Assembly (NCBI GenBank): GCA_963726775.1
Contig: CAVSDL010000008.1
Span: forward strand, 105,063 to 169,062
DNA: 64,000 nucleotides
Direction of reading: 5' to 3'
DNA from: an uncultured beta proteobacterium
GTDB taxonomy: Bacteria; Pseudomonadota; Gammaproteobacteria; Burkholderiales; Casimicrobiaceae
Shown here: piece by piece, positions 9,596 to 17,814 of the stretch
Layout of the letters: each line of letters starts with the position of its first letter
Position numbering within the stretch: position 1 is the first letter of the stretch
Program-made: the position numbers and the translations under genes
Notes under the pieces: generated by a model
What the model was told of the DNA's origin: nothing
The model's input: the letters and a program-made list of their open reading frames with translations, nothing else
The model's database searches: none

Positions 9596-10308
9596 TCGGC
9601 TGCCGGGGCCCGGCTTAGTCGATCGGTCTCGGCTGCGCGGCGCCGTCGCGCACTCTTTTCGCACTCGAAGGTCGCGGCGACTCCCTGGTCGCCGCCGATG
9701 CATCTTGCCACCCGTGCATAGCGGCGCGCATGCGAGCGCTTGGCTACCAGGCGTTGCGCTGATCGAATGCGTAGGCGGGTGCGGACTGCGTCGGCAGGTG
9801 TTCTCCACTGCGAATGAGAGTTGCGGCGCCCCGTCACCGCGACACGCGACCGTACGCCTTTCGGCAGAGTAACTGACCGGAGCGGGTGAAGATCGCCGAT
9901 CGCCAACGACGCGAATCGACTCAAGGCCGGCGGTTGGCTCGGATCCGGTCCCGGGGCCGCAATCGCCTTGCGCATTCTGTCACGGACAGGATGCGCCGCG
10001 CGCTCGCTTGAAGCGAGCTGCAATTAGCTACGTCCGTCATTTCGAGCGCGTCAGCCCGTGCCGGATATCCATGCGCGCCCGCGAGATGCGCCGGCACGGC
10101 CTGGACTGTCATCCGGACCTCGTCTTGGCGTCCCCCACCGACTCGGGCGACGAATCTGCCGGCTCGCGCTGCACTGCGGTATCGCGATCTTCTTGATCTG
10201 CACCAAGGTCTGGCCTGCGCGCCGACCCAACAATGGATGCCTCGCGTCCGGGGTGCGAGCGGGCACGCCTGCCCGACCGTCGCGCCGGACGCCACTGGAG
10301 ACCTGCCT

Positions 10309-10866
10309 TTGCTGCAGATCATCATTCAGGGCCGAGGCGGCCAGGGCGCGCAGACCGCCGGCAACCTGCTGGCGACGGCGTTCTTCGCCGAGGGGCGCGC
10401 GGTGCAATCCTTCGCGAGCTACGGCGGCGCGCGGCGCGGCACGCCGGTAAGCTCCTTCATTCGCGTCGACGACCGACCGATCCGCGTGCGCTGCGACATC
10501 GAGCGGGCCGACGCGATTCTGTGTTTCGATGCGACGCTGCTCGAAAGCCGGTTGCTCGCCACGGCCCGCCCCGACACGCTGATCGTCGTCAGCTCGTCGA
10601 GGACGCCCGAGCAGTTCGCCGAGCAGCTGCCGGGTTACCGGGTGATCCCGGTCGACGGTATCTCGATTTCGCGCCGCCACGGTTTGGGACGGATCGTCAA
10701 TTCCGCATTGCTAGGCGCGTTCGCACGGGCGATCGGGGCGCCGAAACTGGAGGTGCTGACCCGCACGCTTATCGAGGAGGCGCCGAAACTGCACGACGAG
10801 AACATTGCGGCTTGCGAAGAGGGTTACCGTTGGGTCGAGGCCGAGCTGCAGAAGGTGGCGGCATGA
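10309..10866 (+). CDS. 2-oxoacid:acceptor oxidoreductase, gamma subunit
   Basis: ORF 10237..10866 with the start moved to TTG 10309, 8 nt after GGAG (10297-10300). This gives MLQIIIQGRGGQGAQTAGNLLA..., the canonical PorG/KorC N-terminus and a length of 185 aa. The maximal ORF starts at ATG 10237. Confidence 0.85.
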   Translation: MLQIIIQGRGGQGAQTAGNLLATAFFAEGRAVQSFASYGGARRGTPVSSFIRVDDRPIRVRCDIERADAILCFDATLLESRLLATARPDTLIVVSSSRTPEQFAEQLPGYRVIPVDGISISRRHGLGRIVNSALLGAFARAIGAPKLEVLTRTLIEEAPKLHDENIAACEEGYRWVEAELQKVAA

Positions 10867-12545
10867 ATGCGAAGGATGTGGTTCCGAGCATCTGGACCAC
10901 CGGCACTACCGAGGTCTTCAAGACCGGCACGTGGCGGGCCGCGTTGCCGCAGCACATCCATGCGCCGTCGCCGTGCCACGCTGCCTGTCCGGTGAACGGC
11001 GACATCGCCGAGTGGATCGGCCGTGCCCGCGCGCGTGACTTTCGCGGCGCGTGGGAAATTCTCACGCGCCACAACCCCTTTCCCGCGGTGGCCGGGCGCA
11101 TCTGCCATCACCCGTGCGAAGCGGCATGCAATCGCGCCGGTCTCGATGGGTCGCTCTCGATCTGCCGGCTCGAGCGCTATATCGGTGATCGGGCGCTCGC
11201 GGAAGGCTGGGCGTTTGCGCCGATCGAAGCGCCGCGCAAGGAGCGCATCGCGGTCGTGGGTGGCGGACCGTCGGGCCTCTCGGCAGCGTTTCACCTGCGA
11301 AGGCGCGGCTACGCGGTCACCTTGTTCGAATCCCGTCCGGAGCTCGGGGGACTGATGCGCTACGGCATTCCGTCGTATCGCCTCGCGCGATCCGTGCTCG
11401 ATGGCGAAATCGCGCGCATCGTGGCCCTCGGGATCGACGTACGCTGCGGTGAGTCGATGGAGACACCAGAAGACTTCGAGCGCCTGCGCAACGGGTTCGA
11501 CGCCGTATACCTCGCCATCGGGGCCCGGTGCCAGAAGCGCCTGCCCCGGCTCGATTACACGCGGCCCTGGGTGATGGACGGTGCCGACTACCTGGCGCGG
11601 GCGAACGCCGGTGCTCCGCCCGCGCTCGGCAAGCGCGTGGTCGTGATCGGCGGCGGAAGCGCCGCCCTCGATGCCGCGCGCAGCGCACGGCGCGCCGGGC
11701 ACGAGGTCACGATCCTTGCGCTCGAAAGCGTGTCGCAGATGCCGGCGCAGCCTGAGGAAATCGCCGAAGCGCTGGAGGAAGGAATTGCGCTGGTCGACGG
11801 CGCGATGCTGACCGAGGCCATCGACAGGGGCGGCGCGGGCCTCGAGCTCAAGTGCGTGCGCGTGCGGTTCGAGTCGGGTGCAGCGCGCGGGCAATTCACG
11901 GTGACCCCGGTCGCCGGCAGCGAATTCTCGCTCGAGGCGGATGCCGTCGTCCCGTCGATCGGGCAGGACCCCGACCTGGCGCCGCTCTCTTCCATGCTCG
12001 CAGCGGACGGTGCGCTGCTCGCCGCCGATCATCGTCAGGCGACGAGCCTCGAGCGCGTGTACGCCGGCGGCGATGTCGCGAGCATGGCGCGCTTCGTGAC
12101 CGAGGCGATCGGCATGGGCAAGCGCGCCGCGCGCGAGATCGACCGCGTGTTGCGCGACGGCGCGCAGGGTGCGGAACGCAGCCACGCCGATGCCGGCGCA
12201 GATTTCGCGGCCGAGCCCGTCGTCAAGCTCGCGGCGATCAACACGTTCTATTACGCCGGACAGGCGCGGACCGTGGAGCAACGGCTCCCCGCCGCGCAGC
12301 GCCTCGCAAGCGACTCCGAGGTTCAGCTCGGCTTCGAACTCGAGCAGGCGCTCGCCGAGACCGAGCGCTGTTTCTCCTGCGGAACCTGCATCCAGTGCGA
12401 CAACTGCGTTCACTACTGTCCCGATCTCGCGGTGAAACGCGAGGCCGATGGCTATGTGGTCCTGACCGACTACTGCAAGGGATGCGGCGTCTGTGTGGCG
12501 GAGTGCCCGACCGGTTCGATGAAGATGATCGAGGAAGCGCGATGA
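10863..12545 (+). CDS. GltD-like NAD(P)H/FAD oxidoreductase fused to a 2x[4Fe-4S] ferredoxin (delta-like) domain
   Basis: ATG 10863 overlaps the gamma-subunit stop (ATGA). There is an N-terminal Cys-rich region (CHAACPVNGDI, CHHPCEAACNR). Two dinucleotide folds follow (VVGGGPSGLSAA, VIGGGSAALDAA), as in the glutamate synthase small subunit. The C-terminus has CFSCGTCIQCDNCVHYCP and CKGCGVCVAECP. Confidence 0.85.
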   Translation: MNAKDVVPSIWTTGTTEVFKTGTWRAALPQHIHAPSPCHAACPVNGDIAEWIGRARARDFRGAWEILTRHNPFPAVAGRICHHPCEAACNRAGLDGSLSICRLERYIGDRALAEGWAFAPIEAPRKERIAVVGGGPSGLSAAFHLRRRGYAVTLFESRPELGGLMRYGIPSYRLARSVLDGEIARIVALGIDVRCGESMETPEDFERLRNGFDAVYLAIGARCQKRLPRLDYTRPWVMDGADYLARANAGAPPALGKRVVVIGGGSAALDAARSARRAGHEVTILALESVSQMPAQPEEIAEALEEGIALVDGAMLTEAIDRGGAGLELKCVRVRFESGAARGQFTVTPVAGSEFSLEADAVVPSIGQDPDLAPLSSMLAADGALLAADHRQATSLERVYAGGDVASMARFVTEAIGMGKRAAREIDRVLRDGAQGAERSHADAGADFAAEPVVKLAAINTFYYAGQARTVEQRLPAAQRLASDSEVQLGFELEQALAETERCFSCGTCIQCDNCVHYCPDLAVKREADGYVVLTDYCKGCGVCVAECPTGSMKMIEEAR

Positions 12546-12621
12546 GCGCTGCATGGTTGCCTCGAGGCGTGGGGGTCCACCCGTGAACGCGCGCGACGAT
12601 ACCGTTGCGCGGGAGCAGCCG

Positions 12622-13758
12622 ATGCTCCTGACCGGCAACCACGCGGTCGCCTGGGCGGCTCGCCTGGCGCGACCCAAGGTGGTCCCGGTCTATCCGATCA
12701 CGCCACAGACGCCGATTCTCGAGAAGATCACCGAATTCCAGGCCGACGGCGAGTTCGACGCCGAGGTCATCACGCCCGAGTCCGAGCACTCGGTGATGGC
12801 CGCCTGCATTCCGGCGTCGCTGGCGGGCGTTCGCGTGTTCACGGCGACGGCCTCGCAGGGCCTGCTGCTCATGCACGAACTGCTCCATTACGCGAGCGGC
12901 GCGCGGGCGCCGATCGTGATGGCCAACGTCAACCGGACGCTTGCCTCGCCGTGGGCGTTCTGGCCCGACCAGACCGACAGCCTCGCGCAGCGCGACACCG
13001 GCTGGATCCAGTACTACACGGAGAGCGCGCAGGAGTCGCTCGACACGGTGATCCAGGCGTTCAAGGTCGCCGAACGGGTGCTGCTGCCGGTGATGGTGAA
13101 CCACGATGCGTTCTACGTCTCGCACGCGCTCGAGCCGGTGTACGTGCCGGCGCAGGAGCTGGTCGATGCCTTCCTGCCGCCGTACGCGCCCGAGCATCGC
13201 CTCGACACCGCGAAGGTCGAGTCCTGGGGCAACGTGGTGACGCAGGACATGTTCTATCGCCACCGCCAGGCGCTCGGCGACGCGATGGGGGAGGCCCCAG
13301 TGGCCGCGCTCGACGCGGACCGCGAATGGGGTGAGCTCACCGGCCGCAGCTACGGGCTGGTCGAGCGCTACCGTTGCGAAGGCGCCCGCACCGTCATCGT
13401 GACGATGGGCAGCATGTGCGGCACCGCGCGCGATGCGGTCGATGCGATGCGCGATGCGGGCGTGGCGGTCGGCCTGCTGAAGGTGCGGCTGTTCCGGCCG
13501 CTTCCGGTGCAGGCGCTGCTCGCCGGCCTGGCCGGTGTACCCGAGGTGCTGGTGCTCGATCGCAACTATTCGCCCGGCCATGGCGGCGTGCTGCACCAGG
13601 AATTGCGCGCCGCGCTCTACGGCATGCCTGACGCGCCGCGGATTCACGGCTATCTCGCGGGCGTGGGCGGCGTCAACGTTTCACCGGAGAAGATCGCCGA
13701 GTTCGTCCGGATGGCGAGCGCGAGCGAAGCACAGCCGGATTCGGTCTGGGTGAGATGA
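12622..13758 (+). CDS. 2-oxoacid:acceptor oxidoreductase, alpha subunit
   Basis: ORF 12553..13758. The ATG at 12622 is preferred because GGGAG lies 6 nt upstream ([16 protein letters not shown]...). It has the YPITPQTP motif and PorA-like domain order. The start is uncertain (12553, 12584 or 12622). Confidence 0.88.
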   Translation: MLLTGNHAVAWAARLARPKVVPVYPITPQTPILEKITEFQADGEFDAEVITPESEHSVMAACIPASLAGVRVFTATASQGLLLMHELLHYASGARAPIVMANVNRTLASPWAFWPDQTDSLAQRDTGWIQYYTESAQESLDTVIQAFKVAERVLLPVMVNHDAFYVSHALEPVYVPAQELVDAFLPPYAPEHRLDTAKVESWGNVVTQDMFYRHRQALGDAMGEAPVAALDADREWGELTGRSYGLVERYRCEGARTVIVTMGSMCGTARDAVDAMRDAGVAVGLLKVRLFRPLPVQALLAGLAGVPEVLVLDRNYSPGHGGVLHQELRAALYGMPDAPRIHGYLAGVGGVNVSPEKIAEFVRMASASEAQPDSVWVR

Positions 13759-14677
13759 ACGGCCCCGCACGCTGACATTCTCTGTTCAGGGCACGCGGCG
13801 TGTCCGGGCTGCGTGGATGCCCTGTCGGTGCGGCACGTTCTCGCCACGCTCGGACCGAAGACGATGGCCGTCGTTCCGCCCTCGTGCATGGCGGTCATCG
13901 CGGGTCCGCAACCGTACAGCGCGACTCAAGATTCCCGTCTACCAGCCGACGCTCGAAGCGAGCGCCGCCGCGGCAACGGGCCTTCGCCGCGCGCTCGACG
14001 CGCGGGGCGAGCACGACACGCAGGTGATCGTTCTCGCCGGCGACGGCGGCACCTATGACATCGGCTTTCAGTGCCTGTCGTCCGCGGCCGAGCGCAACGA
14101 GAACTTCATCTACTTCTGCCTCGACAACGAAGGCTACATGAACACCGGGGCGCAGAAATCTTCGTCGACGCCGCATCTGGCGAGCACCGGATCGACCCCC
14201 GCCGGCAAGACCTCGCGCAAGAAGAATCTCACCGAGATCATGGCGGCCCACGAGGTGCCCTACGCGGCTACCGCGAATGTCGGCTTCCTGCCCGACCTGA
14301 TCCGCAAGGTCGAGAAGGCCAGGACGATGCACGGCACGCGAATCATCACCCTGCTCATTCCCTGCCTCGATGGCTGGGGGCTGCCCGACGACGCGGGCCT
14401 GACGGCCGCGCGTTATGCGGTCGAGAGCGGCACGTTCCCGCTCTACGAAGTCGAGAACGGGCGCACCTACACGCTCAACTACACGTCGAAGATGCGCCCG
14501 GTAAGCGACTATCTGGCGCTGCAGCGCCGCTATCGGCATTTGAGCCCGGCCGACATCGAAACGCTGCAAGCCGAGGTCGACGACCGCTGGGCGAGACTGC
14601 TGCAGCGGGTCGAGGCTGGAAAGCCGGCACTCGGCGACATGAACACCGCGAGCAATTCCGGCGCATCGAGTTCGTAA
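13755..14677 (+). pseudogene. 2-oxoacid:acceptor oxidoreductase beta (TPP/FeS) subunit, interrupted by two +1 frameshifts
   Basis: ATG 13755 overlaps the alpha-subunit stop (ATGA) and reads MNGPA(R), then hits TGA at 13773. The next frame continues [52 protein letters not shown]. From about c13927 the third frame continues [18 protein letters not shown]...[15 protein letters not shown]...[10 protein letters not shown] to 14677. All pieces are PorB-like. Total length is 923 nt, which is 3n+2. Confidence 0.8.
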
Positions 14678-14721
14678 GCGTTGCCGTTGAGGGATCCGCC
14701 GTTAGCGCGGTGGACATCATT

Positions 14722-16161
14722 CTATTGCCGGACAATTTTGTGAACGCCCCCGGCGGATGTCAGTACGTAGATCTCGTTCCGCGAGTCAACGCCGAATGAC
14801 TGGATATTTCCGACGGGCGTGACGCCCCAGTCGATCCGCTCGATTGCGACCCCGCCCGCGACGAGAAAACTTCGCAGCCAGCCTTTGCAGAAGTCGGTGT
14901 AGAAGTAATGTCCGGCAATTTCCGGCAGCGCCGTACCGCGATAGACGTATCCGCCCGTGATGGAGCAACCGTCGCCGTGGTCGTACTCGATGAGCGGCAT
15001 CGTGATGCCCGCGGGATTGCACGAGGCACCCGACGGGTAACAAATCGTTCCTTCCCAGATATTCCACCCGTAGTCGAGACCGGCTGCGCTGGCAGCGACG
15101 ACGTCCACTTCCTCGCGGCTGCTCTGTCCGACATCCGCTATGTAGAGACTTCGTGTCGTTCCGTCGAACGAGAATCGCCATGGATTCCGGACGCCGAACG
15201 CCCAGATTTCGGGGTGCTTGCCCGGCTGACCGACGAACGGGTTGTCCGGGGGCACTTTGTAGGGAAGCGAACTTACGTCGAGGCGGAGTATCTTGCCCAG
15301 CAGCGTATCGAGGTTCTGTCCGCTTCCGAACGGATCGCCGCCGCCGCCGCCGTCGCCGGTCCCGAGGTAAAGCATGCCATCCGGGCCGAATTGCAGTTGA
15401 CCTCCGTTGTGATTGCCAAAAGTGCGATGGGCAATGGTGAGGACACGGACCGCCGTCGACTCGGAACCCAAGGGGGGCGGCACGCCGCTCACCGGCAACG
15501 TGAAGCGTTCGATGGCTAGGTCGCCACTGGAATCCGTGAAACAGACGAACACATTGCCGGTGCTGGCAAATTGCGGGTCGAACGCCAGCGACAACATGCC
15601 GCGCTCGCCGCCGTAGCTCACGCGTGCCGAAATGTCGAGCACCGGCGCCTGCGGTACCCCATTCGCCAGCTTCCGGATGCGTCCGGGCTGCTCGACGACA
15701 TAGATGTCCGTCCCTCCCGGCGGCGACGCGAGGAACGTAGGGGATACAAGCCCCGACGCCACCGCTTCGAATCGGAGCTTCAACGGCGGCGCGAGCGCAT
15801 AGGTCACGGTCACCATAGTGATGCTCGGTGGAGCCGGCACGTTGATCGCCGACGGGACGACGGTTGCCGTATACGTTGCCGTGCCGGCAACCACCGGGTC
15901 GGCGCGCACGATGAAGGTGCCAGGACCGGTAACGATCGCCTCGCCGGTGGCATTCAGATTGCCGACGGCCTTGCCGTTCGGATCCGTGATCGTGACCGCG
16001 GCATTCACCCCGGCGGGAAGTCCGGCAACGGCAACATCGATCCGATTCTGCGGCGCGGTGGCGCTGCCCGACCCGCCACCGCCGCCGCCGCAGCCGGCAA
16101 GCGTTAGGCCGATCATGATGATCGCGCAGGTTCGCAACCGGCAATGGGGCCGCACGCGCAT
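14722..16161 (-). CDS. PQQ-dependent sugar (glucose/sorbosone) dehydrogenase-like lipoprotein
   Basis: ORF 14722..16701 trimmed to the ATG at 16161 (MRVRPHCRLRTCAIIMIGLTLAGC, lipobox LAGC). An Ig-like N-domain is followed by a beta-propeller with FGNHNGGQLQFGPDGMLYLGTGDGG and FGVRNPWRFSFD motifs typical of soluble PQQ dehydrogenases. Confidence 0.85.
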   Translation of the reverse strand: MRVRPHCRLRTCAIIMIGLTLAGCGGGGGGSGSATAPQNRIDVAVAGLPAGVNAAVTITDPNGKAVGNLNATGEAIVTGPGTFIVRADPVVAGTATYTATVVPSAINVPAPPSITMVTVTYALAPPLKLRFEAVASGLVSPTFLASPPGGTDIYVVEQPGRIRKLANGVPQAPVLDISARVSYGGERGMLSLAFDPQFASTGNVFVCFTDSSGDLAIERFTLPVSGVPPPLGSESTAVRVLTIAHRTFGNHNGGQLQFGPDGMLYLGTGDGGGGGDPFGSGQNLDTLLGKILRLDVSSLPYKVPPDNPFVGQPGKHPEIWAFGVRNPWRFSFDGTTRSLYIADVGQSSREEVDVVAASAAGLDYGWNIWEGTICYPSGASCNPAGITMPLIEYDHGDGCSITGGYVYRGTALPEIAGHYFYTDFCKGWLRSFLVAGGVAIERIDWGVTPVGNIQSFGVDSRNEIYVLTSAGGVHKIVRQ

Positions 16162-16617
16162 TCCCGGCGCGCCCGACGCGAAGCTGCTGCGGGTGCGCAA
16201 CCTCAGCACGGTCCCCCACCCGTGCATTTCCGGTAACCCGCGACGCCTTCGATCACTCCGCCGCCCCGCGTATTGAAGAAGTAATCGAGTCCGATCCCGC
16301 TGCCACCCGGGCCGGCGAAGAAGCCGGCGAAATTGCCGGCGACGAGCGGACGGCAGCCGTTGCCGACACAGCCTGCCGTGGCGCCCGCACATCGTCGACG
16401 GGCGCAGCGCATGCGCCGGCCGCTGCACCCGACACGAAGGCCGCCAGCAGGAGCGCGGAAGCGGGGATGTGCGAGTGCAGGGGGCGGGACATGACCGGGC
16501 ACCGGAGGGCGACAGCCGATCATAGCAAGGGGGGTTCCGCGGGGGAAGGGGCGTCGCGAGCAGCGTTCGCCAACACGCGCGGGCCATTGCGAACCTGAGT
16601 GGCATTTTCGCAAACAG

Positions 16618-16770
16618 GATCGTCATTTTCGCGAATGCGGAGACCCAGCGACGCTCGACCCAAGACACAGGATGGCCGTTCCTCGAAACTTCGCCGCTCA
16701 CGCGGCTCGTTTTCCCGCCTGCGCGGGAACGACGATATCTCTGCAGCCGCTGTCGCCCGATTCAATTGAG
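16618..16770 (+). repeat. Intergenic palindromic repeat, family 1, copy A (REP/MITE-like)
   Basis: Aligns with 39112-39254 and 56721-56826. Shared blocks are gatcgtc-ttcgcgaa(t/c)gcgg, ttcccgc-gcgggaacgacga and cttctgc-gccg(c/t)tgtc. It carries the 35-nt block ctcgaaacttcgccgctcacgcggctcgtt, which is also present in copy B. Confidence 0.75.
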
Positions 16771-16873
16771 CATGGCAGGAATCGGGACGAAGCGATGCAT
16801 TGGCATGCTGGAGTCTGCGCTGCGCGCCGGCATCGGCCGCATTGTCACCGTGCTCACCGGCCCTGCATCGCGC

Positions 16874-16901
16874 TTGCAAATTGGCCGTCGGCGTTTACAC
16901 T
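16874..16901 (+). promoter_or_regulatory. Candidate sigma70-type promoter of the multihaem operon
   Basis: TTGCAA (16874-16879), then a 16-nt spacer, then TACACT (16896-16901), about 65 nt upstream of the proposed GTG at 16966. Each hexamer matches the consensus at only 4 of 6 positions. Confidence 0.2.
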
Positions 16902-16965
16902 CGACGCCTTGATCGCGAGGTGCGTGCGCGTGCGCGTGCAGGCGCTCATCGCCGGAGGGGGGCGC

Positions 16966-17799
16966 GTGCGGCACCAGTCGCTGCTGGCGTATGCGAAGTA
17001 CCGGTATCTGAAAGTCGCGGCGCTGGTCGTGGCCGCTACGATCGCCGCGTACGCGCTTCATCGCCCGCCGGGCGGCCGCTACGGCGGCACATGGCTCGGC
17101 TACACGCTGGGCACCGTCGGCATGCTCCTGATCATCGGGCTTGCCTGGTTTGGCGTCCGCAAGCGCCAGTACAGTTCGACCGCCGGGACGCTGCTCGGCT
17201 GGCTCTCCGCGCACGTGTATCTCGGCATCACGCTGCTCGTCATCGCCACGTTGCACGCCGCGTTCCAGGTCGGCTGGAACGTGCACACCCTTGCTTACGC
17301 GCTGATGGTTGCCGTGATCGCATCCGGCTTCTACGGTGTGTGGGCGTATCTCAAGCATCCGCGCGCAATCACCGACGCGCTCGGCGAAGATACGCAGGAG
17401 TCCCTGCTCCTGAAGATCGCCGACCTCGATCGGCAGATGCGCGCGCTGGCGCTGGCGCTTCCCGATGCCGTCAACCGGCTGGTGCTCGCGGCGGCGCAGG
17501 AGACGCGGATCGGCGGCAGCTGGCGCGAGCAGCTCGCCGGTCACGACGCACATTGTCCTACTACGGCTGCAGTGACGGGCCTGCAGGCTGTCGGCAAGAC
17601 GTTGCGCGGCGGCGAGGCGCAAGCGAGCCAGCAACTCTACGCGCTGATGGTGCGCAAGCAGGAACTTGTCGCGCGCGCGCGCCGCGCCGTCGCGCTGAAG
17701 GCGCGGCTCGACGCCTGGCTCTACATCCACGTGCCGCTGTCGATCGCGCTCGTCGCGGCGCTGGTCGCCCACGTGGTCAGTGTGTTCTTCTACTGGTAG
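16966..17799 (+). CDS. Five-TM membrane protein with two H-X13-H helices (putative dihaem cytochrome b-like redox subunit)
   Basis: ORF 16672..17799. Its 5-prime part is repeat copy A, so the start was moved to GTG 16966, 7 nt after GGAGG (16954-16958). TM3 is SAHVYLGITLLVIATLHAAF and TM5 is YIHVPLSIALVAALVAHVV. Each has two His residues separated by 13 residues. Confidence 0.6.
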   Translation: MRHQSLLAYAKYRYLKVAALVVAATIAAYALHRPPGGRYGGTWLGYTLGTVGMLLIIGLAWFGVRKRQYSSTAGTLLGWLSAHVYLGITLLVIATLHAAFQVGWNVHTLAYALMVAVIASGFYGVWAYLKHPRAITDALGEDTQESLLLKIADLDRQMRALALALPDAVNRLVLAAAQETRIGGSWREQLAGHDAHCPTTAAVTGLQAVGKTLRGGEAQASQQLYALMVRKQELVARARRAVALKARLDAWLYIHVPLSIALVAALVAHVVSVFFYW

Positions 17800-17814
17800 C
17801 GCGCCCGGGCCCCG

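Noticed and set aside
9596-10308. A 700-bp gap before the oxidoreductase cluster, with overlapping ORFs (9364-10023, 9921-10325, 10051-10680 on the minus strand)
   Set aside because: The translations are Arg/Ala-rich without motifs, and no sigma54 or FNR-type box was evident. It is probably a regulatory or decayed intergenic region, and I could not support any feature.
16672-16965. The N-terminal 98 codons of track ORF 16672-17799
   Set aside because: This part is the translation of repeat copy A (…FPACAGTT…) and of promoter-like DNA. A GGAGG-GTG start at 16966 precedes the first TM helix.
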